64,000 nucleotides of DNA from positions 2,944,001 through 3,008,000 of the forward strand of contig OZ244799.1 in NCBI GenBank assembly GCA_965219955.1, in the 5' to 3' direction. The DNA comes from a bacterium (GTDB lineage: Bacteria > UBA8248). Positions 41,160-51,395 of the stretch are shown in pieces. Under the pieces are notes generated by a model, which saw only the letters and a program-made list of their open reading frames with translations, made no database searches and was not told the DNA's origin. A program made the position numbers and the translations under genes. How positions within the stretch are numbered: position 1 is the first letter of the stretch; each line of letters opens with the position of its first letter.

Positions 41160-42401
41160 TCAATAGAGATGCACGCGCACCTGCGCTCCCTCGCGCAGCC
41201 CCTCGGCTTCGAGCGGAATCGTGATGTAGCCGTCCGCCTTCGTCATGGTGGAGATCATCGCGGAGTTGCCCATGAGGGGATGGGCGAGCCGCCCGTTCCC
41301 GCCCTCTTCCAGCGCGACGCGGACCAAATCCTCGCGCCCGGGAGCGGAGGCCACGTTCCTCGACAGGGTGGCCGCAAGACCTTCCCTCTCCATATCGGTG
41401 CGGGTTGCCTCCCCGCTCAACTGCCTGATGACGGGCCGTACGAAAGCGTGAAAGATCATGAGCGCTGATACCGGGTGCCCCGGAATTCCGATGACGGCCT
41501 TGTCTTCGCCGTCTCTCTCGATCCGGCCGATGATGGTCGGCTTGCCGGGCTTGATCGATATGCCGTGCACCAGAACGCCCGGTTCTCCCAGAGAGTCGAT
41601 GGCCTCGACCGTGTAGTCGCGAAGGCCCATGGAGCTTCCGCCGGAGATGAGCACGACGTCCGCGCGGCCCACCGCTTGATGGAGGCGTTCTTTGATGATT
41701 GCGAGATCATCAGGGAGGATGTCTTCGGTCTCAGGCTCGCCGCCCGCCTCGACCACCCCCGCCGCCAGGGAGAAGCGGTTGATGTCGCGCACCTGACCGG
41801 CGCGGGGCGTCTCGCGCGGGTCGACCAATTCATCGCCCGTGGGCAGTATCGCCACCCTGGGGCGGCGGTGGACTTCTATCGACGTGACCCCCACGCCCGC
41901 GAGCGCGCCCACGTCCTGGCTTCTCAAGCGCGCGCCCGCTCCAAGAATCAACTCGTCTTTTTCGAGATCATCGCCTACGCCAAGGACGTTCTCGCCCACG
42001 GCGGCGGGTCGCCTGACCTCCAGGGTCTCCTCATCGGGAGCGGCAGTAAACTCCTCCATCACCACGGCGTCCGCGCCTTCCGGCACCATGCCGCCCGTCA
42101 GGATGCGCGCCGCCTCGCCCCGTTCGACCGAGAATCCCGGCGCCGCACCCATCGGCACCTGGCCGATGACGTCGAGATAGGCGGGAATGGCCTCGCTCGC
42201 GCCGAAGGAATCCGAAGCCCGGAGCGCGTAGCCGTCCATCGTGGCTCGCGGGAAATCGGGCAGGTCGACGGGGGAGTGAACATCACAGGCCAGGACGCGG
42301 CCCACGGCGTCAAAAGAAGAAACGCGCTCCGCCCCCAAGGCGCGGAAACCCCAAAGCGCGCTTTTCGCTTCTTCGGGGGATACGACCTTGAAGAATTCCA
42401 T
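41160..42401 (-). CDS. moeA: molybdopterin molybdenumtransferase MoeA
   Basis: TMDGYA, TGGMVPEGADAVVM, PTGDEL, SGGSSMG, KPGKPT, PGHPVS. Confidence 0.93.
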   Translation of the reverse strand: MEFFKVVSPEEAKSALWGFRALGAERVSSFDAVGRVLACDVHSPVDLPDFPRATMDGYALRASDSFGASEAIPAYLDVIGQVPMGAAPGFSVERGEAARILTGGMVPEGADAVVMEEFTAAPDEETLEVRRPAAVGENVLGVGDDLEKDELILGAGARLRSQDVGALAGVGVTSIEVHRRPRVAILPTGDELVDPRETPRAGQVRDINRFSLAAGVVEAGGEPETEDILPDDLAIIKERLHQAVGRADVVLISGGSSMGLRDYTVEAIDSLGEPGVLVHGISIKPGKPTIIGRIERDGEDKAVIGIPGHPVSALMIFHAFVRPVIRQLSGEATRTDMEREGLAATLSRNVASAPGREDLVRVALEEGGNGRLAHPLMGNSAMISTMTKADGYITIPLEAEGLREGAQVRVHLY

Positions 42402-42650
42402 CGGACCTCTCCGTCTTCAAAATGAAAAAACCAACCGCTGCGCGCGCAGGGCCGGCCGCAAAATTCGGAGTCGTTCAGGGGAGTTCGCCCGGCATCCCCT
42501 GTAAGGCGAAAGACCGCGCTGCCCCTCACGGCCTGTTTCCCGCAACGATGTAAAGGCGCGGCTGCGTAATCGCCTTCTATGAGAAACGACCAGCCGCGAC
42601 GAGGAGCGCCAAGCCTCGAAACTCAGGCGCGGACAGCGGCGAGCCGGCTT

Positions 42651-42851
42651 TTAGCCCTTCTCGCCCTCTCCGGCGGCGGACGCCTCTTTCTTGTCGGGCA
42701 GTTCCGGGTCGTCGCTCATCCCCTTCTTGAAGCTCTTGATTCCGCGAGCGAGGCCCGAGCCGATCTCGGGCAGACGCTTCGCGCCGAAGACCAGCACGCA
42801 TATCGCGAGGATGACCAAAAGCTCGGGAATGCCCATATTCATCGGAAACAT
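42651..42851 (-). CDS. tatA: twin-arginine translocase TatA
   Basis: [39 protein letters not shown]. Confidence 0.93.
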   Translation of the reverse strand: MFPMNMGIPELLVILAICVLVFGAKRLPEIGSGLARGIKSFKKGMSDDPELPDKKEASAAGEGEKG

Positions 42852-42876
42852 CGGCAAAACTCCTATGGATGACCGA

Positions 42877-44058
42877 TCAGGAAGCCGCGTCCGCGTAGAC
42901 CTGCGTTGCGGCTCCGACACCATCTCCAGCCTTCGTAATATACCCCAATTTCGAGAAAATTACCTCAAGCGCCGAAAGAAGGTAGACCACGTTCGCCTGG
43001 GTGGCCCCGTGGCCCATCATCCCGATCCGCCATATCTTGCCGGCCACGGCGCCCAATCCGCCGCCGATCTCGATGTTGAAATCGCCCAGCAGGCTCTTGC
43101 GAACGGCGGCATCGTCCATGCCGTCTCTCAGGGCGACGGTGTTGAGCGTGGGCGTGCGCGCGCCCTCCTGCGCGAACATGGAAAGCCCGAGCGCCTCCAC
43201 GCCCGCCTGGAGCGCCTTGCTCGCCAGGGCGTGCCTCGCAAAGCGGGCTTCCAGACCCTCCTCGAAGATGATGCGGAGCGCTTCCCTGATCGCGTAGTTC
43301 ATGGAAATCGGGCCCGTGTGGTGATAGACGCGCTCGTTGCCCCAGTATTTCTCCACCATGCTCACGTCGAAATACCAACTCGTGACCTTGGATTTACGCT
43401 CGCGCACCTTGCCGAGTGCGCGCTCGCTGAAGGTGATGGGCGCAACGCCCGGCGGACAGGCCAGGCACTTCTGCGTGCCGCTGTAGGCGACCTCCACCCC
43501 CCACTTGTCGAGTTCCACGGGCACGCCGCCCAGGGAGGTGACGCAATCGAGCAGCAAGAGCGCGCCGTGCTCGCGGCACATCGCGCCGATTTCCTCCATC
43601 GGCTGGAGCACGCCCGTGCTGGTCTCCGCATGGACGATGCCGACCATCACGGCGTCGGGGTTGGCGTCGAGGGCGGCCTTCACGTCCTGTGGGTCGATGG
43701 GCTGACCCCAAGGGGCCTCCACCGTGACGACCTCCGCCCCGTAGCGCGACGCCACGTCGCTCATGCGTCCGCCGAACACGCCGTTCACGCAGATGACGGC
43801 CTTATCGCCCGGCTCGATGATGTTGCAGACCGACGCCTCCATCGCAGCGCTGCCCGTGCCCGATACGGGGAAGGTCACCTGGTTCTCGGTATTGAACAGA
43901 TCGCGAAGCATCCCCTGGCAATCGTCCATGACCGCCAGGAAATCGGGGTCCAGGTGCCCCACCACGTGGGTGCTCATGGCTTTCAGGATTCTCGGGTGAA
44001 CCGGGCTCGGCCCCGGCCCCAGCAATAAACGCAGATGCGGATTCAGCTCTCCAGACAA
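42877..44058 (-). CDS. alanine-glyoxylate/serine-pyruvate aminotransferase (class V)
   Basis: LLGPGPS, HAETSTG, SGTQKCL (PLP lysine), YHHT, WRIGMMG. Confidence 0.92.
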   Translation of the reverse strand: MSGELNPHLRLLLGPGPSPVHPRILKAMSTHVVGHLDPDFLAVMDDCQGMLRDLFNTENQVTFPVSGTGSAAMEASVCNIIEPGDKAVICVNGVFGGRMSDVASRYGAEVVTVEAPWGQPIDPQDVKAALDANPDAVMVGIVHAETSTGVLQPMEEIGAMCREHGALLLLDCVTSLGGVPVELDKWGVEVAYSGTQKCLACPPGVAPITFSERALGKVRERKSKVTSWYFDVSMVEKYWGNERVYHHTGPISMNYAIREALRIIFEEGLEARFARHALASKALQAGVEALGLSMFAQEGARTPTLNTVALRDGMDDAAVRKSLLGDFNIEIGGGLGAVAGKIWRIGMMGHGATQANVVYLLSALEVIFSKLGYITKAGDGVGAATQVYADAAS

Positions 44059-44275
44059 GACTTTTCCCTCGCTCGAATCAGGTGTTTGGAATGGATGAGA
44101 AGCCACCGACCCTCTCACTCGGCCTCTCGTTCCGAATTACGACCGCGAGATACTACCACACGCCCCAAGGGCCGCAAAGGGGGACGGGGGGTGAAAGGAG
44201 GAGAGGAAACGGAGAATCCAGGCTGCATGCTTCATCCTACGCGTCAGTTATCCGGGTCGTTCAAGTGGAGCGGGG

Positions 44276-44719
44276 TCATCTCTGCCTTTGTGAAGAATAA
44301 AGTTCGTGGTCGGGATCGATCCACACGACGTAGAAGGTGTCCAAAAGCAAAATCCCGTGAACGCGCCCATGCTCGTTTGCGGTGAGTTGAAATTGCCACG
44401 CCTGCTCGGATCGAAGCTGTTCATTGAGGGCGTGGAATCCCTGTGGTTCCGTGGTCTCGCTGAAATCGATGGGATGAGAACGCAGAGCGCTCGATCTGCT
44501 CGTCCGAAACTCTTTTGCGGTCAAGCGCGACAAGTCCCGGAGACGCTCCAGAAGGGTCTTCAGATACCCGTCCCGGCAACGAGTAAGACTGAACTTCGCG
44601 TTCCCCGTCAGATCCAGGTGCTTGAAGGAAAACCGGAGCGTGTCCGCATCCGGCAGCGGTTGAACAGATGGGATTGTTTCGGCTAAACGTGGAACCTTAC
44701 CCCGCCTGATCTTTCCCAT
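44276..44719 (-). CDS. putative toxin (MAG6450/RelE-like) paired with a Panacea antitoxin
   Basis: FSFKHLD..., GRVHGILLLDTFYVVWIDPDHELY; overlaps the Panacea gene. Confidence 0.6.
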   Translation of the reverse strand: MGKIRRGKVPRLAETIPSVQPLPDADTLRFSFKHLDLTGNAKFSLTRCRDGYLKTLLERLRDLSRLTAKEFRTSRSSALRSHPIDFSETTEPQGFHALNEQLRSEQAWQFQLTANEHGRVHGILLLDTFYVVWIDPDHELYSSQRQR

Positions 44720-45161
44720 CGACCCTCGCCTTGTAGTAATTCCTCATGTCTTGATGAGAAATCACGTTATTCGACGGGGCATCCGGTGGCAGATCCCCAC
44801 GCGCATTTCGCCAAGGGTCCTCTTGGTGGGTAAGTTTTTCCAGATCGTAGGCGCTCAGTCCGCCGTACACGTCCATGACTTCGTCGAGGTGGTTTCGCGT
44901 CTGCGAATCGAATTCTTCTTCCTCCGGTTCAATGTCGATTGGCCGCCACGACCACGCTTTGTATTTCCCATAAACCGACGGCACGACAGGACCGTGAACC
45001 CACGCCTCGATGGGATCGTCGAACAAAGGCGCGTCGTAGAACGCAAGATGCCACGCCTGCGCGTAGTAGAGCAGCTTTTGGAGCTTTAGATTCGAGATGG
45101 GGTCGCCGTGCTCGTATGAAAATCCGATGATGTTTTGAGCGACTTGGTTTGCGCTCTTCAA
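44697..45161 (-). CDS. Panacea (DUF4065/SocA/GepA) antitoxin
   Basis: ISNLKLQKLLYYAQ, IEAWVHGPVV, LTHQEDPW; start TTG 45161 (alternative ATG 45230). Confidence 0.9.
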   Translation of the reverse strand: MKSANQVAQNIIGFSYEHGDPISNLKLQKLLYYAQAWHLAFYDAPLFDDPIEAWVHGPVVPSVYGKYKAWSWRPIDIEPEEEEFDSQTRNHLDEVMDVYGGLSAYDLEKLTHQEDPWRNARGDLPPDAPSNNVISHQDMRNYYKARVDGKDQAG

Positions 45162-45389
45162 TTCAATATCCCTTCCGAGGCGGCGCAACTTGAACCGGGT
45201 GTGGAACGCATCCTCACTTGCTTCATCCATAAAACCACTTCAAGCCGGAATGTTCAAGCGCGTCCACCACCACACGAGCGCCATGGAGAAAGATGCGAGA
45301 GGCGCTTCAGGTGAGCAGAGTTGACAGACAATCTTGTGAAAACCTACTGTGGAGTCGGGAATTGGCATACAACCTGGAAGAAAAGGACG

Positions 45390-45668
45390 ATGACCAAATT
45401 CGAGATGGTGACCCTTTTTCTGCAACAATCAATGCTCTTGGCGCAATACCCAATCGCATGGGTGGCAGGCGCAGTCTGTTTTGCGGGATACGCGCTCATC
45501 GGCGTTGAGTTCTGGATCATTCGGCGAGAGTTGAACGAGCGGGACAAGGCGCTGGACATACGCATGAAACAAGCGGTGGATAGTGGCAAGGCGCTGGATG
45601 CGCTCATCAAGAGAACAGAGGATCAGAGCCTCGCGCTGCGGACCCTCATCGAGCGAACAAGCAAATAG
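45390..45668 (+). CDS. small membrane-anchored coiled-coil protein
   Basis: Hydrophobic segment followed by repeated ALD..IK(E)RT; ends LRTLIERTSK. Confidence 0.55.
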   Translation: MTKFEMVTLFLQQSMLLAQYPIAWVAGAVCFAGYALIGVEFWIIRRELNERDKALDIRMKQAVDSGKALDALIKRTEDQSLALRTLIERTSK

Positions 45669-45712
45669 AGCCAGCAGTATTGACCAACCGGAAATCCGGT
45701 GGTCGCCTCGTC

Positions 45713-46477
45713 TTACTCCCCGTCCAGTTCGATGTTGTCGTAATCGGGTATGGCGCCCATGCCCTTCTTGGCGGCCATGGACTTGCGCTCGTATTCCATC
45801 ACCAACTCTCCGCGCTGGTTGTAGGCGCGCGTCTTGATGGTCACGATCCCGCGGTCGGGCCGGCTCTTCGATTCGCGCTTGTCCAGAATCTCCGATTCCG
45901 AATAGAGCGTATCGCCCGCGAAGACGGGAGCGGGCATCTTGATGTAGGTCCACTCCAGGTTCGCCACCGAGCGGTAGGACGTGTCGGTGACCGTCATCCC
46001 CGCCACGACGGCCAGCGTGAGGGCGGAGTTCACGAGCGGCTTTCCGAACTGGGTCTTGGACGCGTAGTGGGCGTCGAAATGAATCGGGTGGGTGTTGTTC
46101 GTCAGCAGGGTGAACCAGGTGTTGTCCGATTCGAGTATGGTGCGGCCCGGCCTGTGCTTGATGACCTCGCCCACCACGAAATCCTCGTACCAGCGTCCCA
46201 TCTGAAAGTTCGGCAAGTCTTGCTCCTTTGAGGATTCTCTAAAACTCCAAGAGCCATTATTCTCTCGTATCCAACCCGCTGGCACACCGTTCGGCATTTT
46301 GTATATCTTGCCTGTTCGCTCCCAATTCCAGCCTTCTTTTTTTGCATCATTAAGTATTAAACCCGCAGCATTAAGGGTTGCTCCAAAGTGATCCGCGTAC
46401 CTTTGTTTGGTGAAACCACCAGCCGAGAGATGATCCATCGTGTAATTTAGTTTAGCGCCCATTATCGTATAATTCAT
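45713..46477 (-). CDS. MaoC-family dehydratase with an in-frame AT-rich N-terminal extension
   Basis: GRWYEDF..GRTILESDN..NTHPIHFD MaoC domain starts near 46216; the frame stays open to ATG 46477, which has a GAGGGAG RBS. Confidence 0.8.
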   Translation of the reverse strand: MNYTIMGAKLNYTMDHLSAGGFTKQRYADHFGATLNAAGLILNDAKKEGWNWERTGKIYKMPNGVPAGWIRENNGSWSFRESSKEQDLPNFQMGRWYEDFVVGEVIKHRPGRTILESDNTWFTLLTNNTHPIHFDAHYASKTQFGKPLVNSALTLAVVAGMTVTDTSYRSVANLEWTYIKMPAPVFAGDTLYSESEILDKRESKSRPDRGIVTIKTRAYNQRGELVMEYERKSMAAKKGMGAIPDYDNIELDGE

Positions 46478-46515
46478 CCGCGCTCCCTCATCTATATTAT
46501 CCCTCACCCACCTCT

Positions 46516-47667
46516 CTAGGCGGGGTATTGCTCCAGAAGCCTCTTGGCGATGATGAGGCGCTGAATCTCGTTCGAGCCCTCACCCACCACCAAGAGTTTC
46601 GAGTCCCTGAAATAGCGCTCCACAGGCAGCTCCTGGATGTAGCCCATGCCGCCGTGCACCTGAATGGCCTCGCTCGCGCAGAACTCCGCCGTTTCGGAGG
46701 CGAAGAACTTGGCCATGCCGGCCTCTAAATCGCACCGCTTGCCCTGGGCCTTCAGGTTCGCCGCGTGATACGTCATGAGCTTCGCCGCGTGGATGCGCGT
46801 CCCCATCTCGGCGAGTTTCGCCTGGATCAGCTGATGGCCCGCCAGCGGCTTGCCGAATGTCTCGCGCTGCTGGGAATAGCGCATCGAATCCTCGAATGCC
46901 GCGCGGGCGAGGCCCACGCTGCGCGCCGCCACGTTCACGCGGCCGCCCTCGAGCCCGCTCATGATCATCGGGAAGCCCTCGTTCTCCTGGCCCAGCAGGT
47001 TTTCGAGCGGCACGCGCGCGTCCTCGAACACGAGTTCGCTCGTGCGGATGCCCCGGTAACCCATCTTCTTCAAGTGCCGGCTCACCTGAAAGCCGGGCGT
47101 TCCCTTGTGGACGAGGATGCAGGAGATGCCCTTCGCCTTAGACTTTTCCGGATCGGTGCGCGCGAACACGCTGAACATCGTGCCGTGCTCGGCGTTCGAG
47201 ATGAACATCTTGGAGCCGTTCACCACCCACTGGTCGTCTTCCCGCACCGCGCGCGTCTTGAGAGCGGCGGCGTCGGAACCCGAACCCGGCTCGGTGAGCG
47301 CCATGCCCGAGTGCCACTCGCCGGTGGCCATCTTGGGAAGATAGGTCTTTTTCTGCTCATCCGTCCCGTAGTTCAGGATCATCCAGGCGGTCATCATGTG
47401 CGTGCCGAGGATGCCCGCCACGCTCATCCAACCGACGGAGAGCTCCTCCATGGCGATGGCGTAGCAAACCTCGTCCATGCCGCTCCCGCCGTATTCCTCG
47501 GGTATCGTGAAACCGAAATACCCCAGTTCCTGCATCTTCTCCACGACGGGCGTGGGGTATTTATCGGCGAGTTCGTATTCCATGGCGATGGGCATGACCT
47601 CGCGGTCCACGAATTCCTTCATCATCCGCTGAACGCTCGTCTGTAGCTCGGTGAACTGGAAATGCAA
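46516..47667 (-). CDS. acyl-CoA dehydrogenase
   Basis: ALTEPGSGSDA, NGSKMFISN, QVHGGMGY, VGEGSNEIQR. Confidence 0.93.
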   Translation of the reverse strand: MHFQFTELQTSVQRMMKEFVDREVMPIAMEYELADKYPTPVVEKMQELGYFGFTIPEEYGGSGMDEVCYAIAMEELSVGWMSVAGILGTHMMTAWMILNYGTDEQKKTYLPKMATGEWHSGMALTEPGSGSDAAALKTRAVREDDQWVVNGSKMFISNAEHGTMFSVFARTDPEKSKAKGISCILVHKGTPGFQVSRHLKKMGYRGIRTSELVFEDARVPLENLLGQENEGFPMIMSGLEGGRVNVAARSVGLARAAFEDSMRYSQQRETFGKPLAGHQLIQAKLAEMGTRIHAAKLMTYHAANLKAQGKRCDLEAGMAKFFASETAEFCASEAIQVHGGMGYIQELPVERYFRDSKLLVVGEGSNEIQRLIIAKRLLEQYPA

Positions 47668-47713
47668 GGGATGTTTCCTCCTGAAATGGAATAACCGGAA
47701 TTTTCGCCAAGTA

Positions 47714-48892
47714 TTAAATCACACCGCCGCTGCGCAAGTCCGCCACGTCGTCCGGGGAGTAGCCGAGAGCCTCGAGCACCTCCTCGGTATGCGCGCTCAG
47801 CCCCGGCGGGTGTTCGAGCCTGGGCGTCATCTCGCTGAACTTCACCGGAAAGCGGCACATCTTCAAGTTTCCGTATTCGCCTTCCACTTCGGGGAAAATC
47901 TCGCGGTGCGCCGTCTGGGGATGATCGCACACCTCGCCCAGATCGTTCACCGCTCCGCAGGGAACGCCGGCCTCCAAGAAAATCTTCCGCCACTCCTCGC
48001 GTTCTTTCGTGGCGAGGATCGGCAGGACCTGTTCCAGCAGGGCGTTCTTGTTCGCGTGCCTGTCGGCGTTGGTCGCGAAGCGCGGGTCGTCCACCCATTC
48101 GGGATGCCCGAGGACGCCCGCGAACAGCCGCCAGGTGTTCTCGTTTCCGCACGCGACGCCGATGAGCTTCCCGCCCTTGGCGGGGTAGGCCCCGTAAGGC
48201 GCCAGAAAATGATGCCCCACACCCACGCGGCCCGGCTTGGTTCCGTGCAGATAGTAGTGAAAGTGGAAGTAGCCCTGCATGCTCACCATGCAGTCGAACA
48301 TCGAGACGTCGAGCTCCTGGCCCTCGCCGGTGCGGTCGCGCTGTCTGAGCGCCATCATCGCGCCCAGGGCCACGAAAAGCCCCGTCACCCCGTCGCAGAT
48401 GGAATGGGCCATCTTGGCGGGGGATTCGGGCGGGCCCGTCATCTCCATGATGCCCGCTTCGGCCTGGATGAGGCCGTCGAACGCCTTCATGTCGCGGTAG
48501 GGGCCGTCCTGCCCGTAGCCCGAGGTGTGGATGTAGATGATGTCGGGCTTTATCTTCTTCACTTCCTCATACCCGAAGCCGAGCCTGTCTATTGCGCCGG
48601 GGCTGAAGTTTTCGAGAAAAACGTCCGCGCCCTCGAGCATCTCCCGGAGAATTTTCTTGCCGCGCTCGTCTTTCAGGTTCAGCGTCACGCTCTTCTTGTT
48701 GGGGTTCACCCAGAAGTGCACCGCCCCCTCGCCGAAGACCGCGTCGTCCCAGAGACGCACCATGTCGCCCGTTTTCGGGACTTCAACTTTTAAGACCTCC
48801 GCGCCGAAATCGGCCAGATGGCGCAGCCCCACCGGCCCGCTGATGGATACCCCGAGCGATACGATTCGAACGCCGTCGAGCGGAAGCGCCAC
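47714..48892 (-). CDS. CoA-transferase family III (CaiB/BaiF)
   Basis: LADFGAEVLKVE, NPNKKSVTLNLK, ENFSPG, SGYGQDGPY. Confidence 0.92.
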   Translation of the reverse strand: MALPLDGVRIVSLGVSISGPVGLRHLADFGAEVLKVEVPKTGDMVRLWDDAVFGEGAVHFWVNPNKKSVTLNLKDERGKKILREMLEGADVFLENFSPGAIDRLGFGYEEVKKIKPDIIYIHTSGYGQDGPYRDMKAFDGLIQAEAGIMEMTGPPESPAKMAHSICDGVTGLFVALGAMMALRQRDRTGEGQELDVSMFDCMVSMQGYFHFHYYLHGTKPGRVGVGHHFLAPYGAYPAKGGKLIGVACGNENTWRLFAGVLGHPEWVDDPRFATNADRHANKNALLEQVLPILATKEREEWRKIFLEAGVPCGAVNDLGEVCDHPQTAHREIFPEVEGEYGNLKMCRFPVKFSEMTPRLEHPPGLSAHTEEVLEALGYSPDDVADLRSGGVI

Positions 48893-49081
48893 GTTATTGC
48901 TCCTCGAAAAAGTGCGTCCCTAAAGCGAGGCCAAGGACGCGGCAACAGCCGCTCCCATGCCTTCGCGACTCATGCGGTTTCCCGACGAATGGGTCCATGC
49001 GAAACCACGAAAGGAGCCATGACAATACACCATCGATTTTACGGATGACAAGGTGGGGCGGGGTCAATTCCGGCTGAATTG

Positions 49082-49389
49082 GGGCTACTGAAAAAACCTT
49101 TGTCAAGGGAGCGAATATCCCTCCCCGGTCGAGTTCGACCCGCGAGGGCGCTCCTCCCTCATCCTGAGTAGGCGCGTGAGCGCCGTATCGAAGGATGGGG
49201 CGCATCTCTCCGGCGGGCGCAAATTTCGCCCTTCGATACGCCGCCTTCGGCGGCTACTCAGGATGAGGAAGGTGGGGGCGGAGCTTGTCCCGAGCGAAGT
49301 CGAGGGGCCGCTACTCAGGGTGAGGCGGAGTGGCTGGCTACGTAGGACGAGGAGGAAAATTGCGCCGCATCGGGCTTTTTAACAACCCC
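49082..49389. mobile_element. MITE-like module 1 (GTTGAAAAA inverted-repeat family)
   Basis: Ends GGGCTACTGAAAAAACC / GGGCTTTTTAACAACCCC; cargo is an inverted pair of CCTGAGTAG..CGTATCGAAGG hairpins; 49229-49329 is near-identical (inverted) to 61882-61982. Confidence 0.7.
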
Positions 49390-49526
49390 GAACAAGGAGG
49401 AATTGCCCCCACCAAAGAAGTAGGGACAGGTCGCGACCTGTGGGACAGCCCCGAGGAGGGACTGTCACTACAGACGAAAACTGATGCCACGGAGGGATAG
49501 TTACAATACACCCACCACCAAACGCA

Positions 49527-49712
49527 TCAGATATTCCGATACCCGCTATCGCGATCTTCGCGGATGAGAACTTCGGAAGGTATCCGTATGCGACCTTTCG
49601 TCTTCTCACGGAGTCTTAAGGACAACTCAAGGAAAGACTTGCGCTTCGCTCCCATGTCTTCCTCGTCGCCGTCATAACTACGATGTCGCAACTTATCTTC
49701 ATGCTCGCTCAT
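49527..49712 (-). CDS. small protein resembling the C-terminal half of FitA/VapB-like antitoxins
   Basis: LREKTKGR..PSEVLIREDRD tail; no PIN toxin adjacent. Confidence 0.4.
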   Translation of the reverse strand: MSEHEDKLRHRSYDGDEEDMGAKRKSFLELSLRLREKTKGRIRIPSEVLIREDRDSGYRNI

Positions 49713-49714
49713 CA

Positions 49715-50086
49715 TCACTCCCCCGCCTCATTGAGGTAAGCCTGGAAATCCCCCGGGATCTGCGAAATGAAGGCCACGGCGCGGTCGAGGGCGATGAACT
49801 CCATGTCTTCCGGGTCGTCGTCCACCTCGTCCCTGAGTTCGGTGAGGACGTCGAGATATTCCCCGGCCCTGGGCCCTGCGGCGGTATCTTTTTTCTCGGT
49901 GGGCGTTTTCTCCGCCTCCACGAAGTCCGCGAACGGGCCCACCTCATAAGAGATGAAGCAGAACATGTGATAGAGCGCCTTTTCCTCGACGCCGCCCTCT
50001 CCCTGCGCGTCTTTTCTGAGTTCGTTCAACTTCGCCAAAACGGGTTCGTGTTTCAACGGCTTCTCCTCGTCTCCTCCAGCACACAC
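49715..50086 (-). CDS. hypothetical acidic protein with internal duplication
   Basis: Two similar halves: LNELRKD..EKALYHMFCFIS / LTELRDE..FIALDRAVAFIS. Confidence 0.65.
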   Translation of the reverse strand: MCAGGDEEKPLKHEPVLAKLNELRKDAQGEGGVEEKALYHMFCFISYEVGPFADFVEAEKTPTEKKDTAAGPRAGEYLDVLTELRDEVDDDPEDMEFIALDRAVAFISQIPGDFQAYLNEAGE

Positions 50087-50243
50087 TCAAGCGGCGTCTG
50101 GTGCAATTCGCGAGAGGACTATATATCAAAAACAAGTAACATCGAAATAACCATCACCGGCGTTTCAGGGCTGACAAGTCTGCTGAATTTATTGCATTCT
50201 AACTATGAGGTATTTTACCTGAAGCCGCGGCGCAGGAGACGTA

Positions 50244-50831
50244 ATGGCCAAGTTCGAAAGGCGAAAGATATTAGGAAAATGGAGAGAGGGATTCGCCCTT
50301 GATCTTCATACGTTAAGCAGTATCTACATTGGAGACGACGAATTTGGGCACCCTCGATTCGACACACAACGCTCGGAAATCGGCGAATTATTGTATAAAC
50401 TAAAGAACAGAATGGACAAGAACACTGTCCCTGAGCTCGTCGATGCCGTCGAACTGTTAATGAAGGAATGGAATCCACCTGTCGATATTCTGGTACCGGT
50501 TCCGCCTTCGACCTTGCGCCCTGTCCAACCCGTGCGCCTGTTGGCCGAAAGAATCAGCCAGCGGTTGGAGATTCCATTGGTTGACTGCATATCAAGAACA
50601 CGAAACATACCGCAATTGAAAAACACTTTCGATCTGGATGAACGTGCGAAACTTCTCGAAAATCTACATGCGGTGGATAAATCAGCAACGTGTGGCAAGT
50701 CAGTCTTGCTTTTCGACGATCTGTACAGATCCGGAGCGACGATGAATGCAATCACTACCGAACTACACGAGGCGGGCGAAGCAACCGATGTGTTCGCCCT
50801 GACGGTTACCAGGACACGGAGGCATCAATGA
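50244..50831 (+). CDS. ComF-like phosphoribosyltransferase
   Basis: DILVPVPPS; PRPP-binding loop VLLFDDLYRSGAT. Confidence 0.85.
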   Translation: MAKFERRKILGKWREGFALDLHTLSSIYIGDDEFGHPRFDTQRSEIGELLYKLKNRMDKNTVPELVDAVELLMKEWNPPVDILVPVPPSTLRPVQPVRLLAERISQRLEIPLVDCISRTRNIPQLKNTFDLDERAKLLENLHAVDKSATCGKSVLLFDDLYRSGATMNAITTELHEAGEATDVFALTVTRTRRHQ

Positions 50832-51382
50832 CGACTGTTTTCATCGGCGGCTCACGCCGCGCCTCCCGCCTGAACGCGAATGTGCAGAGGCGGCTGGATA
50901 CCATTATAGAGAGGGAATTTTCGATTATCATCGGCGATGCGAACGGAGCCGACAAAGCCGTACAACAATATCTTCATGGCAAACACTATCGGAATGTAGA
51001 GGTCTTCTGTTCCGGTGAATCCTGCCGGAACAACGTCGGCGACTGGCGAACGCGCAATGTACCAGTCGAAAACCGCAAACGCGACGCCCAGTTTTATTCC
51101 GCTAAAGACCGCGTCATGGCGCAAGAAGCGACGATCGGCTTCATGTTGTGGGACGGCAAAAGTGTTGGGACTTTACTCAATTTATTCAGGCTTCTCCGTC
51201 TCAACAAAAAAGCTGTAATTTACACAACTCCGGAAAAAAAGTTTCAGGAATTCAAGAATTGGTGTGAATGGGAGAACTTCCTTGAGAGTCAAGATATCGG
51301 AGTGCGGCGCAAAGTCGAGCAGCGGACCAGGCTAGAAGGCACAGATAAAAACAAACAATACCTGATGTCTTTCCCCGCATAA
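50828..51382 (+). CDS. SLOG/DprA-fold protein
   Basis: VFIGGSR, IIIGDANGADKAVQ, KDRVMA, WDGKSVGT; ATGA-coupled to the PRTase. Confidence 0.65.
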   Translation: MTTVFIGGSRRASRLNANVQRRLDTIIEREFSIIIGDANGADKAVQQYLHGKHYRNVEVFCSGESCRNNVGDWRTRNVPVENRKRDAQFYSAKDRVMAQEATIGFMLWDGKSVGTLLNLFRLLRLNKKAVIYTTPEKKFQEFKNWCEWENFLESQDIGVRRKVEQRTRLEGTDKNKQYLMSFPA

Positions 51383-51395
51383 GCCCTTCGAACCT

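Noticed and set aside
42420-42580. Moco/tungsten-cofactor riboswitch upstream of moeA
   Set aside because: The position fits and GC hairpins exist, but I could not match the conserved motif; needs an Infernal/Rfam search
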